26,501 bases of DNA from the IMG/VR virus record IMGVR_UViG_3300012145_000009, positions 1-26,501 of that record; one strand, 5' to 3'. A program made the translations under genes and the position numbers. Source of the DNA: a virus (taxonomy: Duplodnaviria; Caudoviricetes). Positions within the stretch are counted from its first letter, which is position 1, and every line of letters starts with the position of its first letter. The notes below the pieces were generated by a model that saw only the letters and a list, made by a program, of their open reading frames with translations, had not been told where the DNA came from and ran no database searches. This document shows, in pieces, positions 1 to 7,122 of this stretch.

Positions 1-42
1 CCAAAACACGAAATCTACTACCATCTCAAATTTAGCCATTGA
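1..42 (+). CDS. 3' end of an upstream small phage protein (partial, ...PKHEIYYHLKFSH*)
   Basis: Frame +1 is open from the window edge to TGA at 40-42; only 13 codons are visible. Confidence 0.45.
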   Translation, partial: PKHEIYYHLKFSH

Positions 43-67
43 CAATCTCGAATTCTGACTATATAAC
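39..67 (+). promoter_or_regulatory. sigma70-type (early/host RNAP) promoter
   Basis: TTGACA (39-44), 17-nt spacer, TATAAC (62-67), upstream of the SD-like AGAGGGA and ATG 97. Confidence 0.65.
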
Positions 68-96
68 AGTATTAACACAACAAAGAGGGAATACAC

Positions 97-1311
97 ATGG
101 CTCGCGCAGCAAAAGTAGCAACCAAACCCAAAAAGAAAACAGTTCGCACAGTTCGTCGTGGTGTGAATCGTTTCGCTCTTGCTCCTACAGACAACTGGAA
201 CAAAGCCAAGCACTTCGTTCACTATGAGATTGAATCAAAGGAATGGGCCAACAAGGTCAAGGATTATATCCGCAACAACTATGACCGCAAGACAGTAGCA
301 GCGATCAACAAACTGCCTGACTGGAAAACCAACAACTACAGCCATTGGGCCTGTACCGCTTTCCTACTTGAAGTAAATCCCTCAGTGATTCCTAAAGCAT
401 ACAAGACTGGTATTGTCAAGTGGGTAGAAGGTCTCGCAGAAGAAGGTCAAAAACTCGCAGAAGAAAAAACTGCTGAGGAAAAGACAAAGAAGAATGCTCA
501 CACTCCTACAATTCAAGAGCGCATCGCAGAACAGGCAGAAGCACAATCAGAGGCTATTGAAACGTGGCTGGAAGGCTTTGTTCTAGACAAGGCTCAGTTT
601 GATCCTATGGGCTTTGACTTTAAATCGCACTTTGCTCGTACTGGTGTTACACAGGCACACGCTCGTAGGCTCAAAGGATTCTATGAAAATGAACTGGCTG
701 ACTTTGAAGATTTAGAACGTATGCCCACTGCGGGTCAACTTAAAAAGATGTCTGAACTGGAGGCTGACCTTTGGGCACAGCTCAAAGAAGGTTATGCGCA
801 TCTTAAAAAAGCAGACATCGCCAAGTATACACAAGCAATCACTAGCCTGCTTGACGCACTTGACTTTGTGATTGAGCAAAGCAAGGCCAAGCGCAAGCCG
901 CGTGTTGCTAAACCTAAGAGCGCAGACAAACTGGTTGCCAAGATGAAATATCTCAAGGTTGACGACAAATACAAACTGACCAGTGTTAATCCTGTTGATG
1001 TTGTGGGAGCAAGTGAACTTTGGGTGTTCAATGTCAAAACCCGCAAACTGGGCAAGTATGTTGCTGCTAATGTTGATCCAAAAGGTATGAAGCGTGAAGG
1101 CACTGGGCTTAGTATCAAAGGCACTACAATTGAAGGCTTTGATGAAAGCCTCAGTGTTCAGAAAACTCTGCGCAAGCCTGAAGAGCAACTCAAAGCGTTC
1201 AAAAGTGCTGGCAAAGTTGCTCTGCGCAAGTTTATGGAAGAGATCGCAACTACTGATACAAAATTAAGTGGTCGACTGAATCCTGATACCGTGCTGCTCA
1301 AGGTAAATTAA
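97..1311 (+). CDS. Conserved hypothetical phage protein, 404 aa, basic N-terminus
   Basis: Long ORF with SD. The C-terminal LSIKGTTIEGFD...QKTLRKPEEQL...GRLNPDTVLL resembles a hypothetical family I recall from T4-like aquatic myoviruses; no function recognised. Confidence 0.85.
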   Translation: MARAAKVATKPKKKTVRTVRRGVNRFALAPTDNWNKAKHFVHYEIESKEWANKVKDYIRNNYDRKTVAAINKLPDWKTNNYSHWACTAFLLEVNPSVIPKAYKTGIVKWVEGLAEEGQKLAEEKTAEEKTKKNAHTPTIQERIAEQAEAQSEAIETWLEGFVLDKAQFDPMGFDFKSHFARTGVTQAHARRLKGFYENELADFEDLERMPTAGQLKKMSELEADLWAQLKEGYAHLKKADIAKYTQAITSLLDALDFVIEQSKAKRKPRVAKPKSADKLVAKMKYLKVDDKYKLTSVNPVDVVGASELWVFNVKTRKLGKYVAANVDPKGMKREGTGLSIKGTTIEGFDESLSVQKTLRKPEEQLKAFKSAGKVALRKFMEEIATTDTKLSGRLNPDTVLLKVN

Positions 1312-1318
1312 AAATTCA

Positions 1319-1326
1319 TATAAATA
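1319..1326 (+). promoter_or_regulatory. T4-like late promoter TATAAATA
   Basis: Exact T4 gp55 late consensus in the intergenic gap before ATG 1355. Confidence 0.8.
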
Positions 1327-1354
1327 CACTGTCTAAGATAGATAGGGTACTGAT

Positions 1355-2224
1355 ATGGAACAACAAACAAAAGCAACACTAGAGTCTGCTCTTAACGCCT
1401 TAGGAGACTCTATACATGAGATAGTAGAAACTGCGCTAAGAGTTGAGGACATAGCAATTATTTCTACTAAGCCTGTTGTTTTTAATAGTTCGAGCGAAAA
1501 AGGTCCATATGGCCAAGGATTGCACTGGAAAGGCACTGGTGCTACTAAGCAATTTGTTTATAGAGCAAACCCTGACAGAATCTGGACCACAGAGATTATA
1601 GACCTTAACTCAGAATCTTACTATAGCATTGACAATACCCCAGTGCTTAGAAAAAATGAATTAGGCAGTTCTGTAAGAAAAAGTTATCTAACCGAAGTTG
1701 GCACTCTTAACAATTTGTCAACTCAAGGTGATTTAACTATAGATGAATTTATCTTTTACAATGCGTCAGCCCAGAGATTAGGCTTTGGTACTGATGCGCC
1801 AAATGCTAGCATAAGCATCGCAAGCTTAGACAATGAATTTATAATTGACGTAGAAGGTGCTAGTACCAGAATCGGAAATTGGACCACAGATGATCTAGAA
1901 ATTGTTACAGACGATACCACACGAATGACAGTTTCGAAAAACGGAAATATCACTCTGGGAACTAGTATTGAAACAAAGACCACTGTGATTGGTAAGTTGG
2001 GAGTTAATGTAAAGAACCCCGACGTTGACATTAGTACATCAGGTGCAGTGAGATTCCAAGGAAAAAAATTCGAAGTTGCTGACGCAATACCTACAAACGG
2101 AACATATGATAAGGGTGACATTGTTTGGAGCAACGATCCCAAGCCTACAGGATATGTAGGCTGGATCTGTGTAAGAGAAGGTACACCAGGTATGTGGAAG
2201 CCGTTTGGACAGATTGGCTCATAA
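1355..2224 (+). CDS. Putative virion/tail-fibre-associated protein, 289 aa
   Basis: Late promoter upstream. Beta-rich G-x-G-T-x-x-P repeats (LGFGTDAP, LGVNVKNP) and C-terminal GTYDKGDIVW...GYVGWICV...GTPGMWKPFG resemble the C-termini of phage fibre proteins. Confidence 0.65.
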   Translation: MEQQTKATLESALNALGDSIHEIVETALRVEDIAIISTKPVVFNSSSEKGPYGQGLHWKGTGATKQFVYRANPDRIWTTEIIDLNSESYYSIDNTPVLRKNELGSSVRKSYLTEVGTLNNLSTQGDLTIDEFIFYNASAQRLGFGTDAPNASISIASLDNEFIIDVEGASTRIGNWTTDDLEIVTDDTTRMTVSKNGNITLGTSIETKTTVIGKLGVNVKNPDVDISTSGAVRFQGKKFEVADAIPTNGTYDKGDIVWSNDPKPTGYVGWICVREGTPGMWKPFGQIGS

Positions 2225-2252
2225 GTCAGCATAAAACTATTTTGCTCTAGCC

Positions 2253-2260
2253 TATAAATA
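2253..2260 (+). promoter_or_regulatory. T4-like late promoter TATAAATA
   Basis: Exact consensus, followed by SD AAGGAG and ATG 2279. Confidence 0.8.
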
Positions 2261-2278
2261 TTATAGAAGGAGCATACT

Positions 2279-2599
2279 ATGTCTGAAAATAATTTTAAGA
2301 AAAAAACCAAAAAACAAGTAAGATGGTGGGCATATGCTGCCTGGACTCTGCCCTTTACAGCACTGGCCGTGCTGGTGTTTCTACATTTCTTCGGTTGGGA
2401 CAGCGTATATGATTACGCAATAGTAATAGGCGCAGTGGTGTTTTTCAGCGTTGGCGTGTTTTGGTGGTGGTGGGCAATTTTTAAAATTAAAACACTTGCA
2501 GAATTGCTAGGCTCAGTGGGCGACAGAATTGATGTTGTTCGAACACATGTGATAGGTATACGCAAAGATTTACAAATCGATGATGCTGATAATAGGTAA
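2279..2599 (+). CDS. Small membrane protein with two predicted TM helices, 106 aa
   Basis: Strong SD; basic N-terminus followed by two hydrophobic Trp-rich segments. Confidence 0.8.
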   Translation: MSENNFKKKTKKQVRWWAYAAWTLPFTALAVLVFLHFFGWDSVYDYAIVIGAVVFFSVGVFWWWWAIFKIKTLAELLGSVGDRIDVVRTHVIGIRKDLQIDDADNR

Positions 2600-3149
2600 T
2601 GGAGAAAGCAGATCAGGCATTGATCTAAATAAAATCAACATGCCAAAAATAGGATGTAATGCAGTATTTAGAGACTGCTATACTGAACATCTAGTGTGTG
2701 TAGACAGACCTATGGTCAAAGAAGCAATCAGTTTCGGAGCAACAGAGGACAGAACTGTTTACACAAGATCTGATTGGTATATGAGATTTGACATAGAACC
2801 TGTGCCAAACTTACCATATCAAGGCGCTGCAAAAGCAGATGATCCATTCAATTGGGGCAGTGGTGCATATGCTGTGCTGCTAGGAGCAACACTCAGTTCT
2901 ACAGTAGGATTGATTGGATTTGACCTCTACAGCAGCAACGGCAAAATCAATAACGTTTACAAAGACAGCGAAAACTACAAACACAGTGATCACAGTGCAG
3001 TTGATCCCAGATATTGGATCTATCAAATAGCACAGGTTGTATCACACTTTCCACAAACACAGTTTACAATATTTCAAACAGATGCATGGCAGTTGCCCAA
3101 CAGTTGGAAAAAATCTAACCTAACAGTTGACAGCATAAGTAATATATAG
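2580..3149 (+). CDS. Maf/MptE-like (DUF115) or Cst-II-type nucleotide-sugar transferase-like protein, 189 aa
   Basis: Motifs IIGNGESR, IGCNA, LVCVD, WGSG and LIGFDL match the pattern of that Rossmann-like superfamily; exact activity unknown. Confidence 0.55.
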   Translation: MMLIIGNGESRSGIDLNKINMPKIGCNAVFRDCYTEHLVCVDRPMVKEAISFGATEDRTVYTRSDWYMRFDIEPVPNLPYQGAAKADDPFNWGSGAYAVLLGATLSSTVGLIGFDLYSSNGKINNVYKDSENYKHSDHSAVDPRYWIYQIAQVVSHFPQTQFTIFQTDAWQLPNSWKKSNLTVDSISNI

Positions 3150-3155
3150 TATATT
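3127..3155 (+). promoter_or_regulatory. sigma70-type promoter for queD
   Basis: TTGACA (3127-3132), 17 nt, TATATT (3150-3155); predicted start near 3162. Confidence 0.75.
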
Positions 3156-3160
3156 AACTG

Positions 3161-3225
3161 TAGTGGACTATGTGTTCGACCCACTCTAAATATTCCGCAC
3201 ACTCCATTAAACTAGGAGTATAAAA
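3161..3225 (+). ncRNA. Candidate cis-regulatory RNA (riboswitch-like pseudoknot plus SD-sequestering hairpin) in the queD leader
   Basis: P1 AGTGG(3162-66)/CCACT(3181-85). Loop TGTGT(3171-75) can pair with GCACA(3197-3201). ACTCC(3201-05) pairs with SD GGAGT(3215-19). Alternative helix TAGTGGA(3161-67)/TCCATTA(3203-09). Confidence 0.5.
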
Positions 3226-3723
3226 ATGGCAAAATACTATTCGACTAAAACATATGGTACTGACAGAGGATTAAGCTGTTGCTTCCGTCAGTGGCGTGCT
3301 ACACACAGTCATTGTAGCTTACTGCATGGATACTCACTTGGTATCAAACTGATCTTTGAGACTGATACACTGGACAGTAGAAACTGGGTCATGGACTTTG
3401 GTGGACTAAAGCTGTTCAAAGAGTGGAGTGAACAGATGTTTGACCATACAACAGTGGTTGCATATGATGATCCTCAACTGGATACATTCAAGTCGCTCAA
3501 CGCAATCACAGGTGGATACAACGATCAAGGCATAATCAATCTGCGTATTGTAGAAGGTGTTGGCTGCGAAATGTTTGCTAAAATCTGCTACGACAAAATG
3601 GCAGAACTGTTGGAAGAAATGAAGCAGAACAAGCACAGTCGCTATCCAGTAGAAAGCAGTGTGCGTTTGGTCAGTGCAGAAGTGTTTGAGCATGACGCAA
3701 ATTCAGCAATCTATGAAGGTTGA
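3226..3723 (+). CDS. queD: QueD/6-pyruvoyl-tetrahydropterin synthase family (T-fold) protein, divergent, 165 aa
   Basis: HCSLLHGY, WVMDFGGLK, FDH, GCEMFA and VFEHDANSAIY correspond to the QueD/PTPS motifs CxxxHGH, DF.xLK, LDH, T.E and E. Confidence 0.85.
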   Translation: MAKYYSTKTYGTDRGLSCCFRQWRATHSHCSLLHGYSLGIKLIFETDTLDSRNWVMDFGGLKLFKEWSEQMFDHTTVVAYDDPQLDTFKSLNAITGGYNDQGIINLRIVEGVGCEMFAKICYDKMAELLEEMKQNKHSRYPVESSVRLVSAEVFEHDANSAIYEG

Positions 3724-4516
3724 AGAAACCAAAACTGAACGCAAAGCCCGCAAGGCAACGGAGAAGGCTGAGAAGTCTTCTCCAGTTGTTATCCCACCTG
3801 CGCCGTTGAGAAATATCAATCGCTATGTGTGCTGTTTAAAATATGGCAACAAATACGGACCAGAATATGTAAACAATTTATATCAGATGGTCAAACGTAA
3901 TCTTACTATAGACTACGAGTTTGTTTGTTTTACAGAAAACGCACAGGGCATAGATGCTAACATTCGTATAGAACCGCTGCCCACACTGCCGGTCACTGGT
4001 TGGTGGTTCAAACCCATGTTTTTTAACCCTGGTCTAGGACTTAGGGGTACTATACTATTTTTAGATCTAGACATGATAATCTTTAGAAATATTGACACTT
4101 TGTTTACCTATGAAGAAGGCAAGTTTTGTATCATACGAGACTTTAACAGATATGTTATTAAAAAGTATGACAAGTTTAACAGTTCGGTATTTAGATTGAC
4201 CACAGGTCAGCACAGTCAAGTGTACACAGATTTCGTCAAAGATCCAAAAAATATCACTAGGAGACATTTTGGAGATCAAGACTGGATACGCTATGTTATC
4301 AAAAACAATTTTGAATACTGGCCTGAAGAATGGATACAAAGCTACAAATGGGAAATGCGCAGCAAGCCCCGTTTTGATAATCAACCTAGAGGCGCTAGAG
4401 ACTTTTTAACACCGGGAGATCCCACAGTAAAAGATCAAACCAGTATTGCTGTATTTCACGGCGATCCTAATCCACACAACTGTAAGGATCAATGGGTGGT
4501 TGACAACTGGCGCTAA
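3713..4516 (+). CDS. GT-A fold glycosyltransferase (GT8-like), 267 aa
   Basis: DxD motif (FLDLD), FNSSVF, GDQDWI, VFHGDPNP and KYGNKYGPEYVN. ATG 3713 overlaps the end of queD and is preferred over the ORF-track start at 3659. Confidence 0.8.
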   Translation: MKVEETKTERKARKATEKAEKSSPVVIPPAPLRNINRYVCCLKYGNKYGPEYVNNLYQMVKRNLTIDYEFVCFTENAQGIDANIRIEPLPTLPVTGWWFKPMFFNPGLGLRGTILFLDLDMIIFRNIDTLFTYEEGKFCIIRDFNRYVIKKYDKFNSSVFRLTTGQHSQVYTDFVKDPKNITRRHFGDQDWIRYVIKNNFEYWPEEWIQSYKWEMRSKPRFDNQPRGARDFLTPGDPTVKDQTSIAVFHGDPNPHNCKDQWVVDNWR

Positions 4517-4528
4517 CGATATTATAAT
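4500..4528 (+). promoter_or_regulatory. Perfect-consensus sigma70 promoter
   Basis: TTGACA (4500-4505), 17 nt, TATAAT (4523-4528), upstream of uvsE. Confidence 0.85.
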
Positions 4529-4571
4529 ATACACTAAGCTAACAAATTTTAGGCAAACTCAGAGGCATATC

Positions 4572-5666
4572 ATGACAGATCAATCGATACAACGTATAGG
4601 ATTTGCGTGTAAATTTTTACATCCAGATCAAACACAAAAGAAAAAAGTACTAGAAGAAATTCAACGTCCGTTGACTGAAAAGTGTACAACAGTACAATGG
4701 TTAAATAGACAGAGTAAGGATGTTGCAGAACAACGTTTGTGGGACATCATGGTTCACAACGCAGCCGCAGCAAAACGACTAGTAGAGTATGTGGGAAGTC
4801 TTCCGCCTGAACTTAGAATGGTCAGACTGGGCAGTAACCAGCTTCCTTGTTATACACAGCGTGACTGGAGTTACTACTGGCAGCGTGCTGATGTTGTTGC
4901 TTATTTGGAGAAACACTACGGCGCTGTAGGCGAAGCAGCAAGAGCATTGGATGTACGACTCAGTATGCACCCTGGTCAATTTACTGTACTTGCAAGCGAC
5001 AATGAAGAAATAGTAGAACGGAGCATTGAAGAATTTGAATATCACGCCACTCTCATCCGCTGCATGGGTTACGGACGATCATTCCAAGATTTTAAATGCA
5101 ACGTCCACATCTCGGGTCGACAAGGTCCATCCGGTATCAAACGTGTCCTCTCAAGATTATCTCCAGAGGCGCGAAATGTTATTACAATTGAGAACGACGA
5201 AAACTCGTGGGGACTCGACGCAAGCCTTGAACTTGGAGGAGACCTTGCCCTCGTTCTCGACATACATCATCACTGGATTCGCACAGGTGAATACATTCAG
5301 CCCACAGATGATAGATATCTACGTGTGATTGACAGCTGGAGAGGCGTGCGTCCGGCTATACATTACAGCTACAGTCGTAATGAACATTTACCCTTAGACT
5401 TTGCACATGATAGTTTGCCCGATATGCCCGCATTGCTTGCGGCAGGTCATAAGAAACAGAAGCTTAGAGCACACAGTGACTATTATCCTAACTCAGCAGC
5501 TAACGACTGGGCAATGAGTTTTTTGGATACAGCTGATATCATGTGCGAGGCAAAATGCAAAAACTTAGCCAACAGTGAGCTACATAAATACTTTAAGGAG
5601 AAACAAAATGAGCTATCTCAACAAGATGTATGGACGCAGCCCCAGCCAGACACAGTCCCAGGCTGA
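4572..5666 (+). CDS. uvsE: UV DNA damage endonuclease (UvsE/UVDE family), ~364 aa
   Basis: RIGFAC, RLSMHPGQFTVL, NVHISG, TIENDE, LVLDIHHH, HYS, RAHSDY and DIMCEAKCK are UVDE motifs. ATG 4572 follows GAGG and the promoter. Confidence 0.92.
   Translation: MTDQSIQRIGFACKFLHPDQTQKKKVLEEIQRPLTEKCTTVQWLNRQSKDVAEQRLWDIMVHNAAAAKRLVEYVGSLPPELRMVRLGSNQLPCYTQRDWSYYWQRADVVAYLEKHYGAVGEAARALDVRLSMHPGQFTVLASDNEEIVERSIEEFEYHATLIRCMGYGRSFQDFKCNVHISGRQGPSGIKRVLSRLSPEARNVITIENDENSWGLDASLELGGDLALVLDIHHHWIRTGEYIQPTDDRYLRVIDSWRGVRPAIHYSYSRNEHLPLDFAHDSLPDMPALLAAGHKKQKLRAHSDYYPNSAANDWAMSFLDTADIMCEAKCKNLANSELHKYFKEKQNELSQQDVWTQPQPDTVPG
5583..5590 (+). promoter_or_regulatory. Late-type promoter CATAAATA inside the uvsE 3' end
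   Basis: Followed by SD AAGGAG (5595-5600) and ATG 5608. Confidence 0.7.
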
Positions 5667-5895
5667 TAAAAATCCTAACCGTGTAGCAGGTGGTCTACGA
5701 GCGCAGGGTGTTGATCGTTTTACAATGGTTGCTGAAGACGGATCTAACAAAGAAATACCCACACTGGAATATGTTCGCAGTTTAGAAGAACAACTCAAAA
5801 AAACACGAGCCGCTTTCACCGTATTAGAGCGAAAGCAGGCTCGTCAAGAACGTAGTATTGAACAGCTAATTAATCAAGTTAGCTCGCGTCCTTAG
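5608..5895 (+). CDS. Hypothetical protein with C-terminal coiled coil, 95 aa
   Basis: Strong SD, late promoter, heptad-like C-terminus; overlaps uvsE by 59 nt. Confidence 0.8.
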   Translation: MSYLNKMYGRSPSQTQSQADKNPNRVAGGLRAQGVDRFTMVAEDGSNKEIPTLEYVRSLEEQLKKTRAAFTVLERKQARQERSIEQLINQVSSRP

Positions 5896-6085
5896 GCTTA
5901 CGTCCACGCTTTTTAGGAGCCTCTGCGGTTTTTACCGCTGGGGCTTTTTTAGTGACTTCTTTTTTTGTCTTTGTAGGCTTAGTTTCTACTGGCAACACTT
6001 TTTTAACTACCTGAGTAGCAATTGTAGCAGGTGCTGCAACAGCAGGAGTAGTAGTACCTAAAAGTTTTTTTAACCATGTGATCAT
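5879..6085 (-). CDS. Small Lys/Ala/Thr/Pro-rich basic protein, 68 aa
   Basis: SD AAGGAG and TATAAATA upstream on the minus strand; amphipathic N-terminus and KKRGRKPK tail. Confidence 0.75.
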   Translation of the reverse strand: MITWLKKLLGTTTPAVAAPATIATQVVKKVLPVETKPTKTKKEVTKKAPAVKTAEAPKKRGRKPKDAS

Positions 6086-6106
6086 CGTCTATCTCCTTTA
6101 ACAATC

Positions 6107-6120
6107 TATTTATATAAGTA
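6107..6120. promoter_or_regulatory. Overlapping divergent late promoters
   Basis: TATAAATA on the minus strand (6114->6107) overlaps the TATAAGTA variant on the plus strand (6113-6120), between divergent ORFs. Confidence 0.6.
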
Positions 6121-6144
6121 ATTAGTAGAGGGAGAAGAGAAACG

Positions 6145-6321
6145 ATGGTTGAGTTGGCAAAAAATTGGATACTGGCTAGAGTACGCGAAAGAACATCATG
6201 GGACGGTGCAATACTGATAGGCGCAGGCGTTGCATATCTTGTGATAGAACCAATCGGCACAGTAGTAGCCTATGGTGCTATTGCGTACGGAGCATGGACT
6301 ATTTGGAAAAAGGAAAAATAA
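6145..6321 (+). CDS. Small membrane protein, 58 aa (not in the ORF track)
   Basis: MVELAKNWILARVRERTSWDGAILIGAGVAYLVIEPIGTVVAYGAIAYGAWTIWKKEK. Purine-rich SD region (GAGGGAG), two Gly-rich hydrophobic segments and a basic tail. Confidence 0.75.
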   Translation: MVELAKNWILARVRERTSWDGAILIGAGVAYLVIEPIGTVVAYGAIAYGAWTIWKKEK

Positions 6322-6322
6322 T

Positions 6323-6397
6323 ATGGCTAAATCATGGGCAACTAAGAAAAAAGGTAACCTAAAAGCATCAACTAAGTTTGGTTCCAAAGGCAAATAA
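6323..6397 (+). CDS. Putative 24-aa basic peptide MAKSWATKKKGNLKASTKFGSKGK
   Basis: ATG 1 nt after the upstream stop, AAGGA upstream; its stop abuts the stop of the convergent gene at 6398. Confidence 0.45.
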   Translation: MAKSWATKKKGNLKASTKFGSKGK

Positions 6398-6685
6398 TTA
6401 TAATTTGCTGATAGGAATATTGCTGCTGGCGTGTAGATTCCAAACCTGCTTGCGTTCTATGCCTTTCTTTTGAGCGAAACGTTTAGCATCACAGTTAGAG
6501 CACACATGAAAATAATTATTGCTTAATCGTTTCGGATCCATTGATCCTCTAGCACGATAAAATTCTTGATCACAACAGTCACAACGAAACACTATATAGG
6601 TACAACTGCGATAATACTCGTGTTCTGTGCCTAATTTGCTGCGTCTAACGTGCCGGGTTTGCTCTGTAAATTCTCTTATGAACAT
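6398..6685 (-). CDS. Small Zn-ribbon-like protein, 95 aa
   Basis: CDCC...CSNC cysteine pairs; late-type TGTAAATA immediately upstream. Confidence 0.75.
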   Translation of the reverse strand: MFIREFTEQTRHVRRSKLGTEHEYYRSCTYIVFRCDCCDQEFYRARGSMDPKRLSNNYFHVCSNCDAKRFAQKKGIERKQVWNLHASSNIPISKL

Positions 6686-6690
6686 ACATA

Positions 6691-6698
6691 TATTTACA
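6691..6698 (-). promoter_or_regulatory. Late-type promoter TGTAAATA (probably a leaderless transcript)
   Basis: TAAATA core lies 5 nt upstream of ATG 6685; no SD. Confidence 0.5.
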
Positions 6699-6718
6699 TT
6701 AAGATTATAAAATCATAC

Positions 6719-6726
6719 GATAAATA
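6719..6726 (+). promoter_or_regulatory. Late-type promoter GATAAATA
   Basis: Followed by SD GAGG and ATG 6747. Confidence 0.7.
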
Positions 6727-6746
6727 TTGTTAACAAGAGGTAAAAT

Positions 6747-7109
6747 ATGAGCATTTGCACACTTACACCAACAGCCAAAGCACAGATAAACAAACTATGC
6801 GAAGAAAATAACTGTTATGCTATAAGCCTTAATCTAAAAGGTGGCGGCTGCGCTGGTTTTGAATATGACTGGGGAACTGTTGCAGATAGTTCAGATCTAA
6901 ATCCCGGTGACGAAATAATAGAAGCTGACAGTGGTAGATTCGTAATTGGTTCAACCAGCTTGATGTTTTTGATAGGAACTGAAGTTGACTATGTGCGTAG
7001 TCTAGTAGGTTCAAACTTTGAGATAAGAAATCCTAATGCAAAATCAAGCTGTGGCTGTGGCGTTAGTGTAAATTTTGATATGGATAAAATTCCACAACTT
7101 ACGGAATAA
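6747..7109 (+). CDS. iscA: A-type Fe-S cluster carrier (IscA/SufA/HesB family), 120 aa
   Basis: GGGCAGFEY, GTEVDY and NPNAKSSCGCGVS; all three conserved Cys are present. Confidence 0.92.
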   Translation: MSICTLTPTAKAQINKLCEENNCYAISLNLKGGGCAGFEYDWGTVADSSDLNPGDEIIEADSGRFVIGSTSLMFLIGTEVDYVRSLVGSNFEIRNPNAKSSCGCGVSVNFDMDKIPQLTE

Positions 7110-7122
7110 ATGGAGCGTTTAA

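Noticed and set aside
2228-2246. Weak inverted repeat AGCATAAAACTATTTTGCT as a terminator
   Set aside because: AT-rich imperfect stem with no U-tract.
3161-3225. Calling the queD leader a canonical preQ1-I riboswitch
   Set aside because: The loop does not begin with the usual U and there is no long A-tract tail, so it is kept only as a candidate variant or new motif.
3659-4571. ORF-track starts at 3659 and 4446 (likewise 5575, 15587 and 25794)
   Set aside because: These are upstream GTG/TTG starts, mostly inside other genes. Downstream ATGs with SD, promoter or stop-start coupling fit better.
6003-6393. Minus-strand ORFs 6003-6260 and 6196-6393
   Set aside because: They are antisense to the better-supported plus-strand 58-aa and 24-aa ORFs, and 6003-6260 also runs across the divergent promoter.
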